Assembly: GCA_951406725.2 (NCBI GenBank)
Contig: OX597832.1
Location: 4,712,001 to 4,776,000, forward strand
Source: Octopus vulgaris
Lineage: Eukaryota
DNA length: 64,000 bases
Direction: 5' to 3'
Positions 52,109 through 64,000 of the stretch are shown piece by piece. Made by a program: the position numbers and the translations under genes. The notes under the pieces were generated by a model. That model had not been told where the DNA came from and made no database searches. It worked only from the letters and a program-made list of their open reading frames with translations. Each line of letters opens with the position of its first letter. Position 1 is the first letter of the stretch.

Positions 52109-54480
52109 AAAAAAATCTATTAATTTGTAAAATTAAGGATTTGTTATTTTACTCCAAACAGATATGCCACGCCCCACTAAATCTTGCAATTTGCTCTTGA
52201 TACTGAAATGGCTCTCCACTCTTGAACTATACCAGCAAAAACCATTTAAACTCTTCTTTTGCTAATAGACTGAATCTTTGCAACATGGACATAACATTTA
52301 CTAACAAATTTAAGCGTTCATAACAAAGCTGATTTTTTATGTCATTTGCTTTTAAATGATGTTATTGTATCTCTGTAAACTAGCTTTGTTTATATTCTCT
52401 GCTCATACTATTTGATATTTCATTATAATGTTATATATAATTCAAAAATGTATAATTCAAAAATGTCTATCTCTTGTTGTGCACTCAATAGTAGATCTAT
52501 TGAGCAGGTGGGAAAGTGATAAAATTACCAGAATGTAGCATAGTGCTTATTCTCATATGCTTACATTCTTGGTTCAAATCTTGCTTTGACCAGCTTCACA
52601 TTTTATCCTTTTGAAGTCAATGAAATAATTACCAGTAATGCATTAGGGGTCACTTTAATCTACTATACCCTCCCATATATTTTTGTGACCATTTCTTAAA
52701 GTTAAAAATCCCCATTCATGTACTGAACAGTAAAACTGACCTGATATTAATATAAGACAGTAAAGTTAAGGTGTCATATTTCATACAACACATTTTGTTT
52801 TATCATTCATTTATTTTTAGCACTACTTCATGAGCATTTTTATCACTTGCATATTATATTTGTCCTTACATCTGTGAGACAGTCTTATATAACAGCCTTC
52901 AAATGAATAAATGAAAATTGATTATTATGTATGTTGTGGTATTGTTCCTTCTGGCATGGGAGCCATATATTTCATGACATAATTTCTGACTTCTCAAATA
53001 ACAACAAATTTGAGAAAACCTTAACACAATACAGTTTCTTATGTTATTTGTTGTTACAACAAAATTCATTCTTTATCATTGATTCCAAGAATGCATCAAG
53101 CAAAACACTAAACTCACACATACTAATGGAATTTTTTGTTTATATGACAATTTAGGCAGTGGAGATGAAAAGAGCTCATAGACAAAAATGGATATGCAGG
53201 CAAGATGTTGTAGAATATAACATAATGAATATTGATCATTTTTACAGAAGAAATAAGAACTGAGGTCTGTAGCAGGTTTTCAGCATTCTGCATGAAAATA
53301 TTAATCAGAAATAAAAGGGTATTCTTCACCATTCAATAATAACATTCTTAATAGCTAAAATTCAAAACATTTGTTCTATTTTCAATCTTCCATCTATAAT
53401 TAATCCTACAAATGTGATCACATGAAGACAGTGTCAAGCTAACAATAAGTTCAGTAAGTAGACTGATGACTTTACTTTAAATACAAGATCCTGTTTATAT
53501 CAGATGCATTATCATAAAGGGTTTCCTGAAGAGAAATTCCTAGCATATGACTAGAATATAAAATAAAGAATAATTGTTATTTACTATGTAACTACTTAAC
53601 ATTACGTTCCGTAATTTAAATCACTAAATTAAAGAAAATTCCTTTGTTATTAGATATTAACTCATTCATACATGTATAGGGAAAAAACACGATGAGATCA
53701 TGCAATACATTTCTGATGGAAGTCCTAACTGAATTCTTCCAACAAAGGTAGAGATTAAGGATAATTAATAACTTGAATGTCTGAACATATTTAAAAGGAT
53801 GCAGTGTTAAAAATTTGAAGTGGTCTTTTGAATTGTATATTTATTTCCACAGAGTATAAGAGAAATAACATGATTTCAATAAGAAGTTTGATTTAAGTTT
53901 CCTAATAGGCATAAGAGTGGCTGTGTGGTAAGTAGCTTGCTTACGAACCACATGGTTCCGGGTTCAGTCCCACTGCATGGCACCTTGGGCAAGTGTCTTC
54001 TACTATAGCTTCGAGCCGACTGAAGCCTTGTGAGTGGATTTGGTAGACGGAAACTGAAAGAGTCCTGTTGTGTATACATATATATATATATATATATATA
54101 TAGGTTATAAAATGAGATAGGGGTTGAAAATTCAACCCACCATGGGATAATATATATCCAATATACTGCTAGATAGGTACCCAACAAAAATAATACATAG
54201 ATGTTAAAAATTGTCAAGCAATCAGTTCATCTATTGTATTAAATGGGTAAAGGTAATAATATTACCGTAAATTAATACTACAAAATTAGAGAATGGAGAA
54301 ACATACTTAAATCAGTAAAACATCAACTATCCGATGATACTCAATCCATACTTTAATACACCATTACATATGAGTAAAGGCAATATATAAAATGAAATGA
54401 GATATACAGTAATAGTAAAAGTAAAAAGATAAAGAGATATAAGTAAAAAATTTCAAATATAATATGCAAATAAATCAAAA

Positions 54481-54588
54481 CTGACAGCTGTTTCGGCAGT
54501 GAGGACAGTCATACCTCATTTAACCTATAAGCCATAAAGGCAGGTATAAATGAGGCATTAACAAGGATGCCCCACGGCCTCTTCAGAG
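54481..54588 (-). ncRNA. Type-I hammerhead ribozyme (mirror copy)
   Basis: Reverse complement of 55366-55473. Confidence 0.75.
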
Positions 54589-54969
54589 AATTAAATTAAA
54601 TTTGTTATAATAGTGAAAAATATTATATAATCATATACATATAAATATAAAAATATAAAAATGTAAAATATAAAAACTTATACATCATAATGCTACACTT
54701 ATATAATATAATACACATTTGTACAAAAAGGAAGGTAAACAGAACAATATAAAACAAAATATATAACAGTGTATATATTAATATTAATAAGTACCGATAT
54801 TATACATATTTGGCTAATAGTTTTTTTTATAAAAAAAAAAAGGGCTAACACATATGGAGATGAAAAATTGTGGTCAGCATTTCTTAACTCATAGTTATTT
54901 CGATCTTGAAAGGATGGACTTGGTGCTAACTTAACTGTATCTATTTTTAGTATTTTTTTATTATTATTA

Positions 54970-55016
<47 letters not shown>

Positions 55017-55365
55017 AGTAATTTTTATTAACTTTTATAGCTTTAGAATTTTATGAACTGTACCACGGATTTAATTATTATTTTTCATCTCCATATGTGT
55101 TAGCCCTTTTTTTTTTTTTTTTTTAAAAAAAAACTATTAGCCAAATATGTATAATATCGGTACTTATTAATATTAATATATACACTGTTATATATTTTGT
55201 TTTATATTGTTCTGTTTACCTTCCTTTTTGTACAAATGTGTATTATATTATATAAGTGTAGCATTATGATGTATAAGTTTTTATATTTTACATTTTTATA
55301 TTTTTATATTTATATGTATATGATTATATAATATTTTTCACTATTATAACAAATTTAATTTAATT

Positions 55366-55473
55366 CTCTGAAGAGGCCGTGGGGCATCCTTGTTAATGCC
55401 TCATTTATACCTGCCTTTATGGCTTATAGGTTAAATGAGGTATGACTGTCCTCACTGCCGAAACAGCTGTCAG
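55366..55473 (+). ncRNA. Type-I hammerhead ribozyme with intact core and long stem II
   Basis: CTGAAGA 55368-55374; stem II ggccgtggggca/tgtcctcactgcc plus tgcctcattta/taaatgaggta; GAAA 55460-55463; stem III ACAGCTGT; GUC site at 55471. Confidence 0.78.
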
Positions 55474-55677
55474 TTTTGATTTATTTGCATATTATATTTG
55501 AAATTTTTTACTTATATCTCTTTATCTTTTTACTTTTACTATTACTGTATATCTCATTTCATTTTATATATTGCCTTTACTCATATGTAATGGTGTATTA
55601 AAGTATGGATTGAGTATCATCGGATAGTTGATGTTTTACTGATTTAAGTATGTTTCTCCATTCTCTAATTTTGTAGT

Positions 55678-55708
<31 letters not shown>

Positions 55709-56967
55709 GTATATATATGTGTGTGTGTGTGTATGTTTGTGTGTCTGTGTTTTTCCCCTCAACATCGCTTGACAACTGATGCTGGTGTGTTTACGTCCCC
55801 GTAACTTAGCGGTTCAGCAAAAGAGATCGATAGAATAAGTACTAGGCTTACAAAGAATAAGTCCTGGGGTCGATTTGCTCGACTAAAGGTGGTGCTCCAG
55901 CATGGCCACAGTCAAATGACTGAAACAAGTAAAAGAGTAAAGAGTAAAAAGAGAGTAATATAGTAATCAATCTTAAGTGAACTAGGAATTATCTACCATG
56001 TTCGATTACCTCCATAAATTCTGCCGTTTTTTATATGTGCCAAATATTCTTGATGTAAGGTAATAAATATATCCAATAACAAGTGGAGAGAGAAGAGGAT
56101 AGCACTGTAGTAATTTACTGTACAGATTCTACAAGAAATAATAGAATTTTAATAATTTGTTCCCTAAGAAATCAAGAATTTCTACCATATTGTTAAAGAA
56201 GCCTTTAATTAAGAGTGTGAAAGATTAATCTGAAATGTATGTCTACTAGTTGTGAACAGTCAACTCCTTAGACTACAGGTTAGTCACTCAATCTGCTAGA
56301 AATACCAGTCAAATCTTCCTCAAATTGCACCCTGCCATCTTGAAAAGGCAGGGGCACATCAGTCAATGTAGTTGTAGACAATTAAATTAAAGACCCAATG
56401 GTTATGGTTTGAATGCCTTTGATCATAAGATCTGTTCAGTCAGAATTGACCTGGGACTAAACAACAATGAGAAGAGAAATTCATGATTAGAACGAAAGAG
56501 AAAATTAAAGCTATTGATATTCCATTAAGCTTATGAAGAAAAAGAGAGAGAGAGAAATTAAACTATAAATATTAAAATTGATTGTTTAACCACAGCAGCA
56601 CAAGCTGGAAAAATAATTAGAGCATTGGAAAAAAAAAATTGCAGTATTTCTTTCGGCTCTTTATGATCTGATTTCTTAGTTCAAATCCTACCATGGTCAA
56701 CTAGTCAATAAAATAGAATACCAGTCAAAACTGCTGACCTTGTGCCTAGATCAGAAACTATTATTGAAGTTGACTGTAAAAACTTTTGAGAAATGAAAGA
56801 AATGAAATAATTTTCAGAAGATAAATTTAGTATTTTAAGATTTCAAATATACACAGACATTGTCTATTTTGTTTTGTTTGGTTTTTTTTTTTTGGTTTTT
56901 TAATGTCTAATGTTCTGAGTTATTGCTACTAAGATAATAATTTTTCAGACTGTTAATCTCATCACAG

Positions 56968-57011
<44 letters not shown>

Positions 57012-57015
57012 ATAT

Positions 57016-57046
<31 letters not shown>

Positions 57047-58102
57047 CACACATCATTTACATATACAGAATATTGTAATTGGTTTGATCTGACATCATCA
57101 TAAGATATCATATTCCTGAAAATGTACATAGTTTTAGGCCAAATTCAGAATTGCAGAGTAGTAGCAATGCTCTATTCACAAACCTACACTTGCAGACAGT
57201 TGTTATTAATATTTATGTTAAGATCTTTATCTTTCAGCAACGACAGTCACCTGATCAATAACTTAATGCATTAAAGAAACAATATGTATAAGGCATCCAC
57301 AACCATAGATTAATAATAGTCATGAGCTCCTCAATTTGTTATAGATTTATTACATAATTTAAATATATCAGAGCTTCAATATCCTTGTAAGTCAGTGTGT
57401 CTCTCCACATGACATAACAATCTTCAGTATTATTCACAGCTCACTGACCCTTTTGAAAAACATTTTTTCTGTTCATAATTAGAGTTTCTTAAAACCAAAA
57501 TATCAAATAAATATTTCACCCTGAACTTTCATTGCTAAGCGACTTTTATCATCTTCCAGTTTATGTAAAAAAAAAAGTAAATAAATAAAATGAAAGTCAA
57601 TTCTTTGAGAAAATTACAGATCTTTCTTTATAAAACATCTTCATGAAGATTTTTATAAAAGCAACAATATAAAAATTGAAATCATTGAATAACACCAGAT
57701 TGATCGTAATTCTTTATAGTCTTAATGCAGTCAATGAATTACTAGCTTGTTTCTAGTAAAATGAAAATCTGAAACACACAAGTCATCATTATGGAAATAA
57801 TATGTATATAAATGGATTTCATCTCAGCAAGGAAATCAAATGTAGATTAACCAGTAAACATTTTCTGAAATGTTTTAGAAAAAAAAATTAAGAAACAAAT
57901 ATATAGTAAGCCAACACAATTATGGGAAAGAATCTCACTTTACAACCACATGTTGCCTGGTTCAATTCTATTGCACAGCATCTTGCATCTAGGGCATAGA
58001 TTTCTATCACAGCCTTGAGTTAACCAATATCATGTAAATGAGATTTGATAGATGAAAATCGTGCAATAGCCCATTGTATGTATATATGTATGTATGTATA
58101 TA

Positions 58103-58482
58103 CACTACCGTCAGAAATTAATTAGCACCCTTGATTTGCTCTTCACTCAAGGTATGTGCTGTCACCTGGTGGCCATATCTCGAACTATTGCTTTGTTGTG
58201 AGTTCACTGTTGCGCAGAACGATGACGTAACTTTGTTTGCAGAGCAGTTTGAGAGTCTACAGCCTTATGATGTTGACATAGCAGTGCAACAACAACTTGG
58301 AGTGCGGATGCAGACAAATCTTCCTTTGTTTAATAGATATAGGTAGCGCCTCGCAAGGACCGAAATCACACCATACTAAGTTTTCTCATCGCGTAAGACG
58401 TTTTGAACAGCTCATAGATTAATTGATTTAACCTATTTAATGTAGAAATTTGAGAAGTGCTAATTAATTTCTGACGCAAGTG
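58103..58482. mobile_element. Tc1-type MITE
   Basis: TIRs cactaccgtcagaaattaattagcac / gtgctaattaatttctgacgcaagtg with TA on both sides. Confidence 0.85.
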
Positions 58483-58733
58483 TATGTATGTATGCATGTA
58501 TGTGTGTGTATGTCTGTGTGTGTGTGTGTGTGTGTGTGTAAAGAAAGATATATCTCAGTATAAACTCAGCTATTCAATAGACAGAGATTGATAAAATGAG
58601 TCCCAGACAAAGTACTGCATCAACATGAATGAGTCAAACAATGACTTCTTCACTGACCCAAGAAGCAGAGAGAAAAGACTGAACAGCTCTAGTCCATAAG
58701 TAAACAAAATAAAATAGCTACAGGTGCGTATTG

Positions 58734-58926
58734 CTGTATTTTCCAGCATATAAGTCAACGTTGTATGTAGTGTAAGCATTTAAACATCATCACTATCTCT
58801 CCAAATCCCACTGCATTTCACATGGAATTTTTGGTTCTTAAAAGATGTCTTGGTGTATAAGTCAACCTCTGTTTTTGGTTGTAAATGTTGGTCTGAAAAA
58901 TTCAATTTGTATGCTGGAAAATATGG
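58734..58926. mobile_element. pogo/Tigger-like MITE
   Basis: TIRs ctgtattttccagcatataa / ttgtatgctggaaaatatgg. Confidence 0.6.
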
Positions 58927-60245
58927 TATGTGCTGATAACTATAGTACTATGCCAGCTAGTTGTGTTCAGACATGATGGGTAGATCATGGGGGGGGGGGG
59001 GGAATAAAAAGCAAATTATTATTTATGAAATCAGAGACATTGGTTACTTTGGTTTGAATTAAGAACATTTTCTTTAAACTAAATAAAATCCAATTTCATT
59101 TTCTACAAGTATATTGATTGAAAGATATTCAAAAATTTACTGAAGAAAAAAAGCAAGGAAGATTAAATATATATATATGTGTGTATATGTGTGTGTGTGT
59201 GTGTATGTATGTATATGAGTAGTAAAGTAAAAATAAATATTCAACTGAATTCAAATTTAAAAAACAGTTCATAATTTTACATTATGTCTGTTGAATAAAA
59301 AGATCTATATTGATGAACCTGGTATTCATTTTAATTATTTTATAATTCAGTAAAATATATTGTTTAGTTCATTTCCCATTGTAAAATAAACTACTGTATT
59401 TAATCAACTTCAGATGTATTCATACGTTTCCACATTCTAATCAACACCATTGATGCTAATAAAGTTAGTAAAACTATCAAATATGAAACAAAATTAAAAA
59501 TTACTTCCCTAAAAATGATTTTATCAAAGTTTAAATGAAAATAATTAAAATAGATTAAGAAAATTTAATAACTCTGTTTAGATAAAGAATTTCATTATAA
59601 AATCCATTCATTCAGCCTCAGGGTATATTAATTCAATTAACGAAACCCACTCATTAATATTGTAATCACTTCTAATAGTCTTTGAGAAGGAATTGGTTGT
59701 TTTTGCTTTTGTTTTTTGGTTGTGGACAACAGTTGTTATATTTATTGTCAATTATATTTCTCTAAATCAAAAGTAACGGAGGTAATTAGTTGCTTAACTG
59801 GGCTTTTCAGTAGCTATTTCAGATTCTTTGACTGGTTTCAGATGTTGGATTGCAATCATACCGGGGCATAAACTTCAAATGGTTTTAGTCATTCATAGTG
59901 ACCCCCACCACCACCACTAGATATTTCTGTCTGGAACTTATTTTATAGATCTAGATTCATTAAAACGGTTACACTTTGATATTCAGAAGCTGAACACCAG
60001 TGAATATATACAGAGATGCAAACACACACATATGATAGACTTCTGCAATCTCTATCAACTAAATTCCATATCAAGGATATTAGTCAATTCAAGTCAACTG
60101 TACACGACACTGAGGGTGTCACAAAATGTGATTAAACCCAGATCCACATAGCTACAAAATAAACTTAACTACATAGCTATACCTATAGCTGTGCTCATCT
60201 AAGCCATAAATTGAATTTAATAATACATTTTTAATTATTTATATA

Positions 60246-60592
60246 AGTGCAGGAGTGGCTGTGTGGTTAAGATGCTTTTTGGAACCAAATGGTTCCAGGT
60301 TCAATCCAACTGTATGGCACAAGTGTCTTCTACTATAGCCCTGTGCCAACCAAAGTCTTGTGAGTGAATCTGGTAGACAGAAACTGTCATATGTGAGTGT
60401 CTTTGAGTTTGTCCCCAACTCTTTGATAAGTGGTATTGGTTTGTTTTTATCTCCATAACTTAGCAGATACTGACAGAATAAGTACTAAACTTTAAAAATA
60501 AATCTTGGGGTTGATCTGTTTTGATTAAACCCTTCAAGACAATACTCCAGCATGGCTGCAGACCAATGACTGGAATGAGTAAAAGATAAGAT
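60246..60592 (+). mobile_element. SINE family A
   Basis: Family A motifs. Confidence 0.8.
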
Positions 60593-60594
60593 AC

Positions 60595-60820
60595 TGGTTT
60601 CAAATTTTGGTACAAGACCAACAATTTGAGGGGAGGGGGTAAATTGAAAGTTGATTACATTGACCCCCAGCACCCAAATGGTACTTATTTTATTGACCCC
60701 GAAAGGATGAAAGTCAAAGTTGACCTCAAAGGAATTTGAACACAGAACATAAAGACAGGCAAAATGCTACTAAGAATTTTGCCCAGTGCAGTAACAATTC
60801 TGTCAACTCATCACCCTTGC
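60595..60820 (-). mobile_element. SINE family B
   Basis: gacccc gaaaggatgaaag.caaagttgacctc...ggaatttgaac. Confidence 0.75.
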
Positions 60821-60947
60821 AAAAGATATTCAAAACATATTCAGTTCTTCAGTTTTAAAAACAAAAACAAAACAAATGTTTATCTACATCTCATGTGTAG
60901 TTTTATATATTATATATTATGTTATATATTATATTATATATATTACA

Positions 60948-61169
60948 TTACAAAAGGGTGCTGAAAAGTTCCTGGCTTTAAGGGTATCGCAAAAGGCCTG
61001 GGTGGAGGCCCAACCTTCCAAGTTCTTTTACAGGGCTTAGAAAAGCTGAAGGACTGCTGCAATGAGTGTGTGAATTTGTGAGGAGAGTATATTGAATAAA
61101 ATTATAATTAACTGATCCTCCTGTATTTTCTTTTATCCAAAACCATGAACTTTTCAGCACCCCTTTGTA
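60948..61169. mobile_element. Mariner-type MITE
   Basis: TIRs tacaaaagggtgctgaaaagttcctgg / ccatgaacttttcagcacccctttgta. Confidence 0.88.
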
Positions 61170-64000
61170 TATATCATATCATATATTATGTTATTCATGA
61201 CTTATTATATGGCAGCCAACCAGAAGCAACTTGCATAAAACCACTAAATTGGCACAACTAGGAGTAGGTGGATATGTGGATGTGGTAAGGTATGTTAAAT
61301 GATAAGACCAAGTGATTTTATGCCTGGTTAGCAAAATGAAAGAAAAGACCATAAAGTTACAAGTCTTTAATAAAAAACGAATGACAAAAATATATTTCTA
61401 CATTTTTCTGTTTTCTATTATTTAGATTTATTATGCATAGCATTTTTCTTGACCTTTTCATTTCAATTCTGGCTTATTTACCATGTTTTAAACTATTGTG
61501 CAAAGATTGATATTTACCCAAAATGTTTATCTGATAAAAAGTGTATATAACACGGGTGACATTTATCAATATTTTCAACTACACAAGATGGTGATTATGG
61601 CTAAAGGTAGAGCCATTTAACAATTTTTATGACTTTAGATTAGTCTGAGGAGAAAGTGTAGTGCCAATGACATTTACAGAGCCTCCAAGAATAATGGAGG
61701 AAAGGGAAGAAGAATACACAATTCATCAGAAGCTACATCAAGAAGCATCATATATATATATATAAAGCAAAATGTACATGATGTATAATCATTGCTAGAA
61801 ATAGCAGCCAGTAAGTTATCAGTGCTATGTTGAGCTTCACTGAATGTTTATAGGCAGAGACATTTGCAGGTGGTGAATATAGGTTTCAGACCTTTTGTAT
61901 TACCTGCGTAGGCACAAATCTGAATGGTCCTCTTCAGTTGAATGTATCATTAACAACCAAAATTTCAAAATATTCACTACATCTCTGCTTTGTATTTATA
62001 ATTCTACCGTTTATGGTGCTTTATTCTTGCTGGATAGTAATATTATTATTTTTAATAATATCTGTATCTCTTGCATATTTTTTCACTGATCTCATGAGCC
62101 ACATTTTGTATTCAATGATCAAAAGGATGAATAGCACAGCTCAAACTGTGAATCCCAACTGATTGGAGTTGGTTGTTAAAACACATCAAAGGTCATCATT
62201 GTTTATTTTTCTAAGTTCAAAATTTAAATCCAGTTGGGATGAATCTTTTCTAACTCAATAAAATGAGTAATTAAATATTTTGAGATCAATTTTATTTCTA
62301 TGTTAGAAAACTTAGGCTTTTTACCAAGAGAGAAGAAGAATATAAAAGAATATAAATATAAGTTGCTATTTACATAAGTAACTAAAGACATATAACAATA
62401 TAACAACAGAAATTGTGCACTGACAAACTGAATTATACATTTACTAAAGTGAAAGTGTCTTCTAACTCTCAAGGGTTTTATCACATTATATACATGTACA
62501 TATGATACAAACATACGTGTGAATGTGTTTGTGTGTGGAGAGGGGGAACAGTCTGAAATTTAGAGTATAACTTCTTGATATAATTTAACCACATTGTGGA
62601 AAGTAAAACAAAGTTGTTACATAAGTTGCATGTGTATGTAGGCAGACAAAGATAGCAATCTGACTAGTTATATATATATAATTTTTGAAGAGTATGGTAG
62701 AGAATGAAATTACTTTCTTGGAGATGAAACTATCATTTTACTCTGTAAATACTCATCTGACATAACTAGTAGTAGAAATTTCAGATCACTTTGCTATCTA
62801 AGCAAAGAGATAAACTTAAATAATCAAGACTACAGAACTGGTAGTGAATTAGATTTGAAATCATATCTCAAACATAACATATACATACATTGATGAAGTC
62901 ATAAATGAGCTCGACACAAAGTTATGGAAACTTACTTCACATATTTGTTACTGAACTTGACACAGTTTCGCTGTAGAGTTGGTTTAAACAAAAATATAAA
63001 TCCTACAAGCAATAACCATAAATGATTAAAGACCTTTCAATATGTTTCAAACAGATCTAAGCAGATGATTAAATAGCCATATAGTTCAATTCCTCCTTTG
63101 CCAACATAGAGAAAAACATCACTTAGGTTTCCATAATTGCCATAGCATTTCATTTAATACCATAAAGAAAGCAGTTTCTTTTCAGTTCCAGTACTGATCA
63201 TAATATTCAGACTGTAACATATACCTGTTGACATATGCAGTATGTTAAACTTATTCTGATGTTAAAAATGTGGAGGGAAATAAAACTTCAATATCTATTG
63301 AATCACATGGTTTTTTTTTCAAAGCTTCAAAAATATATTACAAATCAAACAAAATATTTCCTATTGTTCAATATCTTATATCAGCTTCAAGAAACGGAAC
63401 TCAGCTACTATACTTATTCTCCAGCTTCTAGATAAAATAGCATAAATGTAAAATTGCTGCTGTAATATTCCTAGACCTGAAAAAAGAAACTTCTGCTAAC
63501 ATAGATCATTAAATGCTAACCTTAACTTCACAGTGTTACCGTATACTGAGCATGACAGATAAAAATTATGTTGCAGATAAAACGCCTCATCTATAGCTGG
63601 ATAACCTCTGATCTCTTGAAACTGCTATATCTCATGGTGTACCCTATAGTTCAATATTCAAAAATTACTTAAGAATTACATAAATGATATGCACAAAGCT
63701 ATCAATTTAGACCTGGTCCATTCTGCTGATGATACAACAGCATTCCTTGGAGAAAGTGATATCAAATTGCTATATAAGAAACTGAACAATGAGCTAATCA
63801 ATGCCTGGTGCTAGTTTAAATCTAATAATTTCTCTTTTTATATATATGTAGATGATATCCCAAGGAGGAGCCCTCCTAAACTAATGAGATTAATGTGTTT
63901 TGATGTTCAGCTTGAACATCCATAGCAAATATATGGATAAGAAATATGGCAGTTTTGGAGAGAAAATATTGGGGGAAATGTTTAGCAAGAAGTTTTAGGA

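Larger units (their letters stand above)
54103..55677. mobile_element. PLE-like fold-back element with ~595-bp inverted arms
   Basis: 54277-54868 is the reverse complement of 55080-55677, differing visibly only in homopolymer runs; (TA)n on both sides. Confidence 0.9.
53906..55956 (+). mobile_element. SINE family A split at its internal (TA)n by a 1.57-kb insert
   Basis: 5' half 53906-54102 and 3' half 55678-55956 join to give a complete family A copy. Confidence 0.88.

Noticed and set aside
27475-63735. Other isolated CTGATGA/CTGAAGA words (e.g. ~27475, 37285, 53463, 63726)
   Set aside because: No matching stem II, GAAA and stem III arrangement.

Overview
AT-rich, repeat-saturated eukaryotic non-coding DNA. 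The SINE, RTE and microsatellite make-up suggests an octopod cephalopod (inference). Most listed ORFs are microsatellite or SINE artefacts. Supported content: many tRNA-derived SINEs of at least three families; RTE, CR1-like and Jockey-like LINE remnants; decayed mariner, Tc1 and maT transposons and MITEs; a Helitron with exact termini nested in a hAT-type MITE; Penelope-like (PLE) RT and GIY-YIG remnants; and one plausible 53-nt minus-strand coding exon resembling TM1 of a cAMP-receptor-like GPCR, so the window may be largely intronic. The most notable signal is a recurring class of non-coding fold-back (inverted-repeat) inserts in or beside (TA)n tracts. They carry type-I hammerhead ribozyme motifs with palindromic stem III. 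The best case has ~595-bp near-identical inverted arms (54277-55677), each with a core-intact hammerhead, inserted into the internal (TA)n of a SINE. All calls were made by eye; no search or folding was run.
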